DNA from: an uncultured Planctomycetales bacterium
GTDB lineage: Bacteria; Omnitrophota; Gorgyraeia; Zapsychrales; Zapsychraceae
DNA: 63,958 nt
Direction of reading: 5' to 3'
NCBI GenBank assembly: GCA_964630825.1
Contig: CAZVZR010000007.1
Coordinates: 1 to 63,958, forward strand
The notes below the pieces were generated by a model. It was not told the origin of the DNA, did not search any database, and saw only the letters and a program-made list of their open reading frames with translations. Below are positions 9,183 to 17,083 of the stretch, in pieces. Position 1 is the first letter of the stretch. Each line of letters starts with the position of its first letter. A program made the translations under genes and the position numbers.

Positions 9183-9265
9183 TGGGCAAGGAGGGAGTCG
9201 AACCCTCACGGTCTTACAACCACAGGATTTTAAGTCCTGCGTGTATACCATTCCACCACTTGCCC
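9183..9265 (-). tRNA. tRNA-Leu (anticodon UAA), type II with long variable arm
   Basis: GGGCAAG...CAGGA-CUUAAAA-UCCUG...GAGGG-TTCGACT-CCCTC-CTTGCCC-A folded by hand. CCA is not encoded. Confidence 0.9.
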
Positions 9266-9277
9266 ATCCATTTCAAA

Positions 9278-9518
9278 AGGCGGGAATCGGAATTGAACCG
9301 ATGCATAGAAGTTTTGTCCCTCGCCTGTAGTATTTACAAAGGCGCGAGTCGGAATTGAACCGACGTATAGAAGTTTTGCAGACTTCTGCCTTACCACTTG
9401 GCTATCGCGCCGATATTCATGCTCGGGATTACTTGCCTAAAAAAATCCCGAAGCCATACCTTCAAAAAACTTTAATGGCAAGGGACAGACTTCTGCCTTA
9501 CCACTTGGCTACCCCGCC
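9278..9518 (-). tRNA. Interrupted tRNA-Cys(GCA): 5' part 9518-9486, 169-nt intervening sequence 9485-9317, 3' part 9316-9278
   Basis: GGCGGGGTAGCCAAGTGGTAAGGCAGAAGTCTG plus CAAAACTTCTATGCATCGGTTCAATTCCGATTCCCGCC-T join into a perfect cloverleaf. The insert ends TCCCTTGCC and GGCGAGGGA are complementary. See the corresponding finding. Confidence 0.6.
9340..9411 (-). tRNA. tRNA-Cys (anticodon GCA), complete, lying inside the intervening sequence of the interrupted tRNA-Cys
   Basis: GGCGCGA-TA-GCCA-AGTGGTA-AGGC-A-GAAGT-CTGCAAA-ACTTC-TATAC-GTCGG-TTCAATT-CCGAC-TCGCGCC-T. Discriminator is U. Confidence 0.92.
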
Positions 9519-9532
9519 ATATTTAATAAAAA

Positions 9533-9606
9533 TGGACCCGAGAGGTCTCGAACCCCTAACCCCCTCCACGTCAAGGAAGTGCTCTAACCAATTGAGCTAC
9601 GGGTCC
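9533..9606 (-). tRNA. tRNA-Val (anticodon GAC)
   Basis: GGACCCG-TA-GCTC-AATTGGTTA-GAGC-A-CTTCC-TTGACGT-GGAGG-GGGTT-AGGGG-TTCGAGA-CCTCT-CGGGTCC-A. Confidence 0.9.
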
Positions 9607-9612
9607 AAATTC

Positions 9613-10158
9613 TTATTTCAATGATTGCATAACCGTCTGAACAATGGTGTTTTCATCGGCGAGATGCCCTTCTCCCACCACCCCGCAAGCTAATTTGCCG
9701 GCAACTGGATCAATAAACTTTACACCATGTTCTTTAAGCTTACGGCAGTTTTCTTGAACAAAAACGTTTTTATACATTTGAGTATTCATGGCAGGAGCGA
9801 TCAGAAGTTTTGCTTTTGTTGCCAACACAATGCATGTCAAAAGATCATCCGCGATACCGTTGGCGATTTTGCCTATAATATTTGCCGTCGCCGGGGCAAT
9901 TAAAATAAGATCGGTTTCTTCGGCTAACCGAATGTGCGGCATTTGCCAAGGATCTTGGCTTTCATCCCACATCGACGTATAAACACGTTTACCGGCTAAA
10001 CTTGACAACGTCAAAGAAGTGATAAAGCTTTCGGCTTCCTTAGTCATCACAACCGAAACTTCTACACCCTTTTCCCCCAAATCCCTGATGATATCAGCTG
10101 CTTTATACGCGGCAATGCTACCAGTTACGCCTAAAAGTACTTTTTTATTTCTAGCCAC
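9613..10158 (-). CDS. coaC: Phosphopantothenoylcysteine decarboxylase-type flavoprotein (stand-alone CoaC domain)
   Basis: VLLGVTGSIAAYKAADIIRDL, HIRLAEETDLILIAPATANIIGKIANGIADDLLT. 181 aa, with no CoaB half attached. Confidence 0.82.
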   Translation of the reverse strand: MARNKKVLLGVTGSIAAYKAADIIRDLGEKGVEVSVVMTKEAESFITSLTLSSLAGKRVYTSMWDESQDPWQMPHIRLAEETDLILIAPATANIIGKIANGIADDLLTCIVLATKAKLLIAPAMNTQMYKNVFVQENCRKLKEHGVKFIDPVAGKLACGVVGEGHLADENTIVQTVMQSLK

Positions 10159-10160
10159 GG

Positions 10161-10433
10161 CTATTCTTTTTCGTTATCGGCTTCTTCTTTTTTTGTTTCT
10201 TGGAGCGAAACCGCTTCGGGGGCGACCTTGCTCGTCTTCCCATTTCTGTAAACTACTTTTCCCTGGGCAATTTCCTCTAAAGCCGTCGTTGTTGGTTTGT
10301 CTGTGGTGGGGTTTTTGATCAAAGGAGGTTGACCTTCGGAAAGTTCCAGCGCACGCCTGGCAGCCATGCGCACTAGTCTATAGACGCTCCCATTTGCGTG
10401 AGATAACAATTTTTCAATGGAATCAATTGCCAT
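10161..10433 (-). CDS. rpoZ: DNA-directed RNA polymerase subunit omega
   Basis: SVYRLVRMAARRALELSEG and TTTALEEIAQGKV match the RpoZ core. The gmk-rpoZ neighbourhood is conserved. Confidence 0.85.
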   Translation of the reverse strand: MAIDSIEKLLSHANGSVYRLVRMAARRALELSEGQPPLIKNPTTDKPTTTALEEIAQGKVVYRNGKTSKVAPEAVSLQETKKEEADNEKE

Positions 10434-10508
10434 AATCCATCACCCCTTTTTAATATTGTTATTATATAAGATATTATTAATTAAAATTCTATTTTAAATA
10501 AGGGAATA

Positions 10509-10537
10509 TATATATCACAGCTGGTGCGGCTTGTCAA
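10509..10537 (-). promoter_or_regulatory. Candidate sigma70-type promoter for rpoZ
   Basis: Minus strand reads TTGACA (10537-10532), 17 nt, then TGa-TATATA (10514-10509). Confidence 0.45.
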
Positions 10538-10617
10538 AAGAAACTTACCTGCCAAAGAAATGACCATTAAAAACAAAACGTTTCTTAACTTATTGAATAG
10601 CTTCTGGTTAGAGCGCT

Positions 10618-11190
10618 TTAAAAATTAATTTCACGCAAAACAATGGACCTAAGTTTTTGGAAGGCTTTATTTAAATCATCGTTTATAACAATATGTTTAT
10701 AATTTTTAGCTTCTTTTAGTTCTTCACTAGCTGTTTTTAGCCTCAAATTGATAACTTGCTTTATTTCGGACCCGCGCCTTAATAAACGTTTCTTCAAAGA
10801 CGCCAAAGAAGGTGTTTTGACAAAAATCGTCACTGCTTTGGGAAATTTTTTTAAAACCACTCTTGCTCCCTTTACATCAATGCATAACAAAACATTCTTT
10901 CCCTTACGTAAAACGTCCGCCACGTTCTTTTTAGGCGTTCCGTAGTAATTGGTAAAGACCTTTTGAAATTCCAAAAAGTGATTGGCGTGTTTTTTATAAA
11001 TAAATTTCTTTTGCGAAACAAAAATATAGTCGCGTCCGTTGATTTCACCCGGCCGTTGCGGCCGCGTGGTCACAGAAACAGATTTGATAAGCCTGTTTTT
11101 TAATCGTGGGTCTATAAGAAGCTTACTGTAGAGGGTGGTTTTGCCGGATCCCGAAGGGCCGGAAAGGATAATCACAATGCCCTTTTTCAT
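10618..11190 (-). CDS. gmk: Guanylate kinase
   Basis: P-loop GPSGSGKTTL, TTRPQRPGEINGRDYIFV. Confidence 0.95.
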   Translation of the reverse strand: MKKGIVIILSGPSGSGKTTLYSKLLIDPRLKNRLIKSVSVTTRPQRPGEINGRDYIFVSQKKFIYKKHANHFLEFQKVFTNYYGTPKKNVADVLRKGKNVLLCIDVKGARVVLKKFPKAVTIFVKTPSLASLKKRLLRRGSEIKQVINLRLKTASEELKEAKNYKHIVINDDLNKAFQKLRSIVLREINF

Positions 11191-11205
11191 GGGGAAGAGA
11201 CAACT

Positions 11206-12033
11206 TTATTCGACGTTTTGGGACTGCTCTCTAATCTTTTCAATTTTACTTTTAATAACAATGACCGCGTTGGAAACAACCTTATCCTGCAGTTTAGAGC
11301 CGATGGTATTGGCTTCGCGCTGCATTTCCTGTGCAATGAAATCCATTTTTTTCCCGACGGAGACAGCACTGTTTAGAAGGCCCTTGAGTTCTTTAACGTA
11401 ATGCTGTAACCGTGCCAGCTCTTCGTTGATATCACTACTTTTTTGAACTGAGCTAAATTCTTCTTCCAGTAATTTTTTTTTCTGCTCCAGCAAAATATTC
11501 TTGGCTCGCAATTTTATTTCTTTTGCTTTTGAGTCCATTGTATTTAGTTGCTGGCGGATGTCGTCCGCAAGGCTTTTGCCTTCCCTTCGCCGCATATTTA
11601 AAACGCCTTGCAGTGCTTTTCTAATAGCTTTTTCAAGAAACGGCCACGCCGCAACAGGATCCAGCGTTGATTCTGTTGTTTCCAACACGCCGGGCAACCT
11701 CAACAAATCCGATAATGTTAAATTATCATCGAGTTTAAATTTTTTTTTCAGTTGATTGGCAATTTTTATGTGCTGCTTTACAACATCGTCCTTCAATAAA
11801 ATTGTCTGTTTCGGTTTTTCAATAACCTTAACCGAAATGGTTACACGCCCGCGCTCAATATGTTTTTTTATTATTTCGGTAATTTTTTCTTCCGCTGCGC
11901 CAAAACTGCCCGGCAAAAAACACGATGCGTCCACATAACGATGATTGAGGCTTTTTATCTCGACGGCAATTTTGAAACTTCCAACAGAAATTACGTCATG
12001 TCCATACCCTGTCATCCCTTTAATCATTTCCAA
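11206..12033 (-). CDS. yicC: YicC-family protein (stress-induced endoribonuclease family)
   Basis: MTGYG start region, EIKSLNHRYVD, C-terminal GKKMDFIAQEMQREANTIGSK. The true start may be M3 or M7. Confidence 0.88.
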   Translation of the reverse strand: MEMIKGMTGYGHDVISVGSFKIAVEIKSLNHRYVDASCFLPGSFGAAEEKITEIIKKHIERGRVTISVKVIEKPKQTILLKDDVVKQHIKIANQLKKKFKLDDNLTLSDLLRLPGVLETTESTLDPVAAWPFLEKAIRKALQGVLNMRRREGKSLADDIRQQLNTMDSKAKEIKLRAKNILLEQKKKLLEEEFSSVQKSSDINEELARLQHYVKELKGLLNSAVSVGKKMDFIAQEMQREANTIGSKLQDKVVSNAVIVIKSKIEKIREQSQNVE

Positions 12034-12527
12034 ACTCTTTCTTTATGGGCCTTGATCATTTTTTCCTTGGAAGGATATAAATTTACAGTAATATACCCCG
12101 GCTTAAACCAAAGTTGTATTTCCCGCTTGGCTTCATTGCGATCCGAAGAAACATGGACAACATTTTCAAAAACACCGTTACGCAAAATACGCCCATATGA
12201 ACCCCGGATACTATGCGGGCTAGCGTCTTCGGGGTTAGTCGCACCAGCGATACGGCGGCATTTTTTAATCGCATTGTTACCGTAAAAAATAACAGCTATG
12301 AGTTTTTTTTCTTTATGAAAATCTCCCATGATATACCGGATGACACCGTCGAAAAAAGGCGTCCCTTTAATATGCCGATAATGCTCCTCGGCCAAATTTC
12401 TCGTCGCCAGAGCGATTCTTAAGGCAACGATTTCCAATCCGGTATGATTAAACTTAGTCAGAATGTTGCCAACAAGGCCCTTGCTGACGCCGTCAGGTTT
12501 AATGATAACTAAGGCAGGTTCTTTCAT
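12024..12527 (-). CDS. ndk: Nucleoside-diphosphate kinase (with C-terminal extension)
   Basis: ALVIIKPDGV, GATNPEDASPHSIRGSYG, NVVHVSSD. Overlaps the yicC start by 10 nt. Confidence 0.85.
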   Translation of the reverse strand: MKEPALVIIKPDGVSKGLVGNILTKFNHTGLEIVALRIALATRNLAEEHYRHIKGTPFFDGVIRYIMGDFHKEKKLIAVIFYGNNAIKKCRRIAGATNPEDASPHSIRGSYGRILRNGVFENVVHVSSDRNEAKREIQLWFKPGYITVNLYPSKEKMIKAHKERVWK

Positions 12528-13372
12528 GATTTAATAATAATTTTGATAATGCGCTCTAACTCTTCGGGGGAATAAAATTCAACAACTATCTTCCCTCTTT
12601 TCTTTTTCGTTTCAATACGTACTTTCGTGCCCAACAATTTTTGCAGCCCGTCTTCTAAATTTAAAATTTGTTGGTTTTTGGTTCCATGTAGTTTTTCTCG
12701 ACGAGATCCGGCGCCGGTCCCAACTTTAATAAGATTTTCCAGTTCGCGAACGGAAAGGTCTTTCTTTAACACCAGTTGAAATAACCGTTTTTGTTCCGCC
12801 GTTGAATCGGCACCCAACAGAGAACGAGCGTGGCCGCTAGAGAGTTTTCCCTCGTACACACTTTGCTTGATTTCTTCCGGAAGATTTAATAATCTTAAAA
12901 GATTCCCGATCGTCGAGCGGTCCTTGCCCACGGATTGGGCGACACTTTCTTGCGTGAAATCAAATTCTTCGATGAGCTTACGAAATGCCTCGGCTTCTTC
13001 AATAGGGTTTAATTCCTCTCGCTGAATATTTTCGACCAAGGCTAAAACCAAAGCTTCTTGATCCGAAACAGATTTAACAATGGCCGGCACTTCTTCGTAG
13101 GAAAGCTCTCGCGCTGCCCGCAACCTTCGTTCGCCGGCGATAACTTCATACCCGCCATCTTTTTCACGCACCAGGATTGGTTGTAAAACACCTTTTTCAC
13201 GAATCGAGTTTTTTAACTCTTCAAGTTTTTGTTTGTCGTAATTGGTGCGCGGCTGAAAACTGCTGTTACGGATTTCGCTAATTTTTATTGTGGCCGCAGG
13301 ATCACTTTTTTGTTTTTCATCCCGTTCCGGAATTAAAGCCGATAACCCCTTACCTAGCGCCCGTTTTTCCAT
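12524..13372 (-). CDS. parB: Chromosome partitioning protein ParB
   Basis: ParB box GERRLRAA, HTH region, parA-parB order. Confidence 0.95.
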   Translation of the reverse strand: MEKRALGKGLSALIPERDEKQKSDPAATIKISEIRNSSFQPRTNYDKQKLEELKNSIREKGVLQPILVREKDGGYEVIAGERRLRAARELSYEEVPAIVKSVSDQEALVLALVENIQREELNPIEEAEAFRKLIEEFDFTQESVAQSVGKDRSTIGNLLRLLNLPEEIKQSVYEGKLSSGHARSLLGADSTAEQKRLFQLVLKKDLSVRELENLIKVGTGAGSRREKLHGTKNQQILNLEDGLQKLLGTKVRIETKKKRGKIVVEFYSPEELERIIKIIIKS

Positions 13373-13430
13373 TATTTGTTCCCCTTATTTTTAAAAACGT
13401 TCATTTTATGAACAATACAAATAATCACCA

Positions 13431-14234
13431 TTAATTCTCTATCTTATTATCTTCCAATATATTACGATCAATCTGTGGATACCCTAATAATTCTTCTGCA
13501 AGCTGCCGATATCTTTTTGCCCCTATCGATGTACTATCGTATTGTGTGATTGGCTTGCCATGGCTTGGTGCTTCGCTTAATCTTATGTTACGTGGAATGA
13601 CTGTGGTATAAACTTTATCTTTAAAATAATTTTTAATTTCATTAATAACTTCAGTCGTTAAGTTAGTTCGAAAATCAGCCATTGTCAATAACACACCTTC
13701 AATTTCTAATTTTGCGTTTAAATTTTCTTTAATTAAATGAACCGTGTTTAATAATTGTGAAACTCCTTCTAGTGCATAAAATTCGCATTGAATTGGGATA
13801 AGAACCGATTCGCTGGCAACTAGCGCATTTAAGGTTAACAAACCTAACGACGGTGGCGAATCAATAAAAATAAAATCATATTCATTTTTTATCGTTTCCA
13901 AAGCTTGTCGCAGACGAGTTTCTCTGGACAAAATGCCAACCAGTTCTATTTCTGCGCCGGTTAAATTTATATTGCAAGGAATTAAATCAAGAGTTTTGTA
14001 AACGTTTTTTCTGACAACTTCACTGGCTTTTGCTTTATGCAAAAGGACTTCGTAAACTGATGTCCCAAGTTCATTTTTATTTACCCCCACCCCGCTCGTT
14101 GCATTTCCTTGAGGATCAACATCAACTAACAACACTTTTTTCCCCATTTCAGCTAAAGCACACGAAAGATTAACCGCTGTTGTTGTTTTTCCTGTGCCGC
14201 CTTTTTGATTACATATTAAAATAGTTTTTACCAT
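13431..14234 (-). CDS. parA: Chromosome partitioning ATPase ParA/Soj
   Basis: Deviant Walker A NQKGGTGKTTT. Start set at MVKTILICNQKGG. Confidence 0.95.
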   Translation of the reverse strand: MVKTILICNQKGGTGKTTTAVNLSCALAEMGKKVLLVDVDPQGNATSGVGVNKNELGTSVYEVLLHKAKASEVVRKNVYKTLDLIPCNINLTGAEIELVGILSRETRLRQALETIKNEYDFIFIDSPPSLGLLTLNALVASESVLIPIQCEFYALEGVSQLLNTVHLIKENLNAKLEIEGVLLTMADFRTNLTTEVINEIKNYFKDKVYTTVIPRNIRLSEAPSHGKPITQYDSTSIGAKRYRQLAEELLGYPQIDRNILEDNKIEN

Positions 14235-14261
14235 ATAAAACCTTTTGCACAATTTTATAAA

Positions 14262-14277
14262 TGTTTCACGTGAAACA
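14262..14277. promoter_or_regulatory. parS centromere-like site (perfect 16-bp palindrome)
   Basis: TGTTTCACGTGAAACA equals the canonical parS consensus. It lies 28 bp upstream of parA. Confidence 0.88.
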
Positions 14278-14343
14278 TTGTTTATTGGCGAATATTTTTA
14301 GTTTGTGTTTCTATGTTCTATTTTCTAATAATATAACCAAATT

Positions 14344-14553
14344 TCAAGCAATTTTATTTTTTTTCTTAAGAGACACTTTAATCTTAGCCGGCTTAGCCCC
14401 TCCCATCCCAAAAAGTCCTTTTTTTTCTTCACAAACAATTTTCACAATAATATCATCCTTGCCAACATTAAAGGCTTTTAAAGCATTTTTAATCGCATCT
14501 TCGACATCGGCACCCTCAAATTCTCTACCGTCAGCCAAAGACTTATCCACCAT
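14344..14553 (-). CDS. Small Jag_N-domain protein (N-terminal domain of Jag/SpoIIIJ-associated protein only)
   Basis: MVDKSLADGREFEGADVEDAIKNALKAFNVGKDDIIVKIVCEEKKGLFGMGGAKPAKIKV. Its start overlaps the yidC stop (TAATG). yidC-jag order is conserved. Confidence 0.7.
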   Translation of the reverse strand: MVDKSLADGREFEGADVEDAIKNALKAFNVGKDDIIVKIVCEEKKGLFGMGGAKPAKIKVSLKKKNKIA

Positions 14554-16187
14554 TACTCTCCTTTTTTTGTATCCTTCGATACAGCCCACTGCGTTAATGC
14601 ACTTAATGTAAAATATATACAAAAATACATCGTTAATCCGCTGGCAAATCGATAAAAAAGCACCGCAAACATCACAGGAAATATTTTAGCCATCATTTTT
14701 TGTGCTTCTGCCTGTGATGGATCAGCCGCAACCATAGTTTTTGTCTGTAGTTTTTGCTGAAAAGCCATAATAGCTGCATAATATAAAGGTAAAATATTGA
14801 TTTCGTTGCCGATAATTGGAAAATTGAACGGTAAAACAAACAATCTATCTGGTTGAGAAAGGTCCTTTATCCATAAAAAATGCGCACCCTTAAAATAGTA
14901 AGTTCGCCACAACAATTGATATAAACTGATAAAAATTGGCATTTGCAAAAAAAGCGGCAGGCATCCTCCCAACGAGCTTAATGGGTTAAAATGGTGTTTT
15001 TTATATAATTCCATCAATGCTTGATTTAATTTAGTTGGATTATTACTATACTTCTCTCTTAATTTCGTTATTTCTGGTTGAATAATTTGCATTCTTGTTT
15101 GTGTATCTTTCATATTAGCCATTGTACGACGCGTAATGGGATATGTGACAGCATATAGAAAAAATGCTATTAAAATTATTGTAATGCCCCAATTAGGTAT
15201 AATTTTATGAAAAAACTGCATAATCGTTAATAATATATTTGCAATTGGGTCAATAAGCCCGAAAGACATAACATTAAAATACCCTCCTAAACTGTAAGTA
15301 ATAATTTTCTCAAAATCAGTCTTATAAGATTTTAGAATACTCTTATCTTGTGGCCCCACATAGAGTAACGAGTTAAATAAAACTGTTTCCTGGGGAGCTA
15401 GTTGAATTGTATCGGTTATGCCTCCCATTTCCAATTTTTTATCGGAAAGGCTGTGAATAAAATATTCTTTCATTTTATACTCTGGCTTGGCTACAGCACA
15501 AAAATATTGATCACGAAAACCAAGCCATTGAACATCACCCGTTAAAACCTTGTCATCCTTTACGGCAAATCGAACAGCATTGTGCTTACGTTCAACAATT
15601 CCGTTATCGTAAACAGAATATTCGAACAACATGGCTGATCTTGAATTGCTAACTTTTTCACTTGCAGCATCAACAACAAAATTGTCCAATCTAAATTTTT
15701 CCTGTTTGGACATTTCAGATTCATTTAAAATAGTTATACTTGAATGAATAAGATAATCATTTGGAACCAATGTATAATTTTTTATAACTTTTATATCCTT
15801 TAATGTTGCTTCATATGTAACGGCGTTAACCTTTAATTCCGTTAATTTAAATGGGAGCTTATCGTAATTTTCAAGACTAAAAAAATTAGTTAATGGCAAA
15901 GATTGGTTGAATTTTTTAACAATAACCTCTTTTAAATTTCCTCCAATATTTGAAAAGTGCGCGACCAAAAGATCTGATTCGATTATTTGTATTTCTTCAG
16001 CAAGCGGCTTGTCCACAACAGGCGGAGTGGATGGTGGTTGAAAAGTCACAACTTCTTTATTTTCAATATTTTGTGATATTTCTATTGTATTTTTTTTATT
16101 CGTTGGGTGGGGAGTTAGGGCCGACCAAACATATAAAACCACAAACGAAAGAAGCATTGCCAATAATAGTCTTTTTTCAGTATTCAT
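14553..16187 (-). CDS. yidC: Membrane protein insertase YidC
   Basis: 544 aa. N-terminal TM, large periplasmic domain, and conserved 60-kDa insertase core (PLSSLGGCLPLFLQMPIFISLY). Confidence 0.95.
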   Translation of the reverse strand: MNTEKRLLLAMLLSFVVLYVWSALTPHPTNKKNTIEISQNIENKEVVTFQPPSTPPVVDKPLAEEIQIIESDLLVAHFSNIGGNLKEVIVKKFNQSLPLTNFFSLENYDKLPFKLTELKVNAVTYEATLKDIKVIKNYTLVPNDYLIHSSITILNESEMSKQEKFRLDNFVVDAASEKVSNSRSAMLFEYSVYDNGIVERKHNAVRFAVKDDKVLTGDVQWLGFRDQYFCAVAKPEYKMKEYFIHSLSDKKLEMGGITDTIQLAPQETVLFNSLLYVGPQDKSILKSYKTDFEKIITYSLGGYFNVMSFGLIDPIANILLTIMQFFHKIIPNWGITIILIAFFLYAVTYPITRRTMANMKDTQTRMQIIQPEITKLREKYSNNPTKLNQALMELYKKHHFNPLSSLGGCLPLFLQMPIFISLYQLLWRTYYFKGAHFLWIKDLSQPDRLFVLPFNFPIIGNEINILPLYYAAIMAFQQKLQTKTMVAADPSQAEAQKMMAKIFPVMFAVLFYRFASGLTMYFCIYFTLSALTQWAVSKDTKKGE

Positions 16188-16188
16188 A

Positions 16189-16404
16189 TCATTTAACCGG
16201 GTCGATTCCTCCTGGGGAAAGAGGAGAACAGCGCAAAACTCGCCATAGAGCTTTTAACGTTCCTTTTACTACACCAAATTGTTGAATTGCTTCATAAGCA
16301 TATTGTGAGCAGGTGGGATAAAAACGGCAGGAGGGAGGTAAAAACCTTCCCCGAATCCATTGATAATTTCTAATGAAAAAACAAAATGCTTTGGTCACCA
16401 ACAA
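16189..16404 (-). CDS. yidD: Membrane protein insertion efficiency factor YidD
   Basis: CRFYPTCSQYAYEAI...GTLKALWRVLRCSPLSPGGIDPV. Probable TTG or GTG start. Confidence 0.9.
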   Translation of the reverse strand: MLVTKAFCFFIRNYQWIRGRFLPPSCRFYPTCSQYAYEAIQQFGVVKGTLKALWRVLRCSPLSPGGIDPVK

Positions 16405-16412
16405 CCTATAAT

Positions 16413-16550
16413 TTATTTTGTTAAACGCTTTCGGCCCTTAGCGCGTCTTCTGGCGAGGACTTGTCGACCGTCTTGGGTGCGCATGCGCCGGAGAAAACCA
16501 TGCAGCCTTTTGCCTTTTATATTTGATCTGGGTTTTAAATGCTTTTTCAT
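16413..16550 (-). CDS. rpmH: 50S ribosomal protein L34
   Basis: Own translation gives [45 protein letters not shown] (45 aa, below the track cutoff). Confidence 0.92.
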   Translation of the reverse strand: MKKHLKPRSNIKGKRLHGFLRRMRTQDGRQVLARRRAKGRKRLTK

Positions 16551-17083
16551 AGTTTGACAATTATAACATAGGGTCTTTTGTAGTCAACATTTATAATTTG
16601 AGAAATGGTGATTTTGTTTTTAAAGTCGTTAAAATCCCTCCCACCACTTATATCGACGGAGAATTGCTGCGGCAGAGAGTAAACTTTTTACCGGAGAAGA
16701 AGTTACGTCCCAAATAAAAATTAATTGTATTCGAAGTTTTCTTTGCTATAATAAGCCCACTTTAAAAATAATTTTTGAATTGCAATTGTATAAAATAGTT
16801 TTTAACCAATCTTGGCTTGTTCATTGTTAATTATCTAACGGTTTTGATTTACCCGGCTCCGCCATACAGCCATATCTTATCACCTTAAGATAAAACACAT
16901 AAAAATTTTTGCCCCTTTAGACAAAAGAGTTTTAGTGGTTATTTTATAGCTGTGGAAAACTTGTTAATTAATTTTTTGATACACGCGTAAACGTATTGTT
17001 TGCAGCATATTATGATTTTTTTATCATCCCCTAATTCTGCACACCCAGAGTTAAAAATAAGTTCCTTCGATAAGGGCTGTTCC
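16551..17083. other. Candidate oriC / dnaA promoter region
   Basis: The rpmH|dnaA divergent gap is AT-rich and marks the point where coding strand switches from all-minus to all-plus. It has one near-consensus DnaA box, TGTGGAAAA (16951-16959), and weaker TTATCACCT and TTATCATCC sites. Confidence 0.5.

Noticed and set aside
9317-9485. Group I intron or archaeal BHB intron as the explanation for the tRNA-Cys interruption
   Set aside because: The 5' part ends in G (no U-G pair for P1), the insert ends in A (no omega-G), and only 97 nt of the insert are not tRNA. The junctions lie at the edge of a 3x4 internal loop next to a 9-bp helix, not in two 3-nt bulges separated by 4 bp.
9164-9624. Track ORFs 8949..9233, 9164..9358 and 9355..9624 (+) spanning the tRNA cluster
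   Set aside because: They are read-throughs of tRNA genes on the opposite strand. They have no SD and an implausible composition, and the tRNA cloverleaves explain the sequence.
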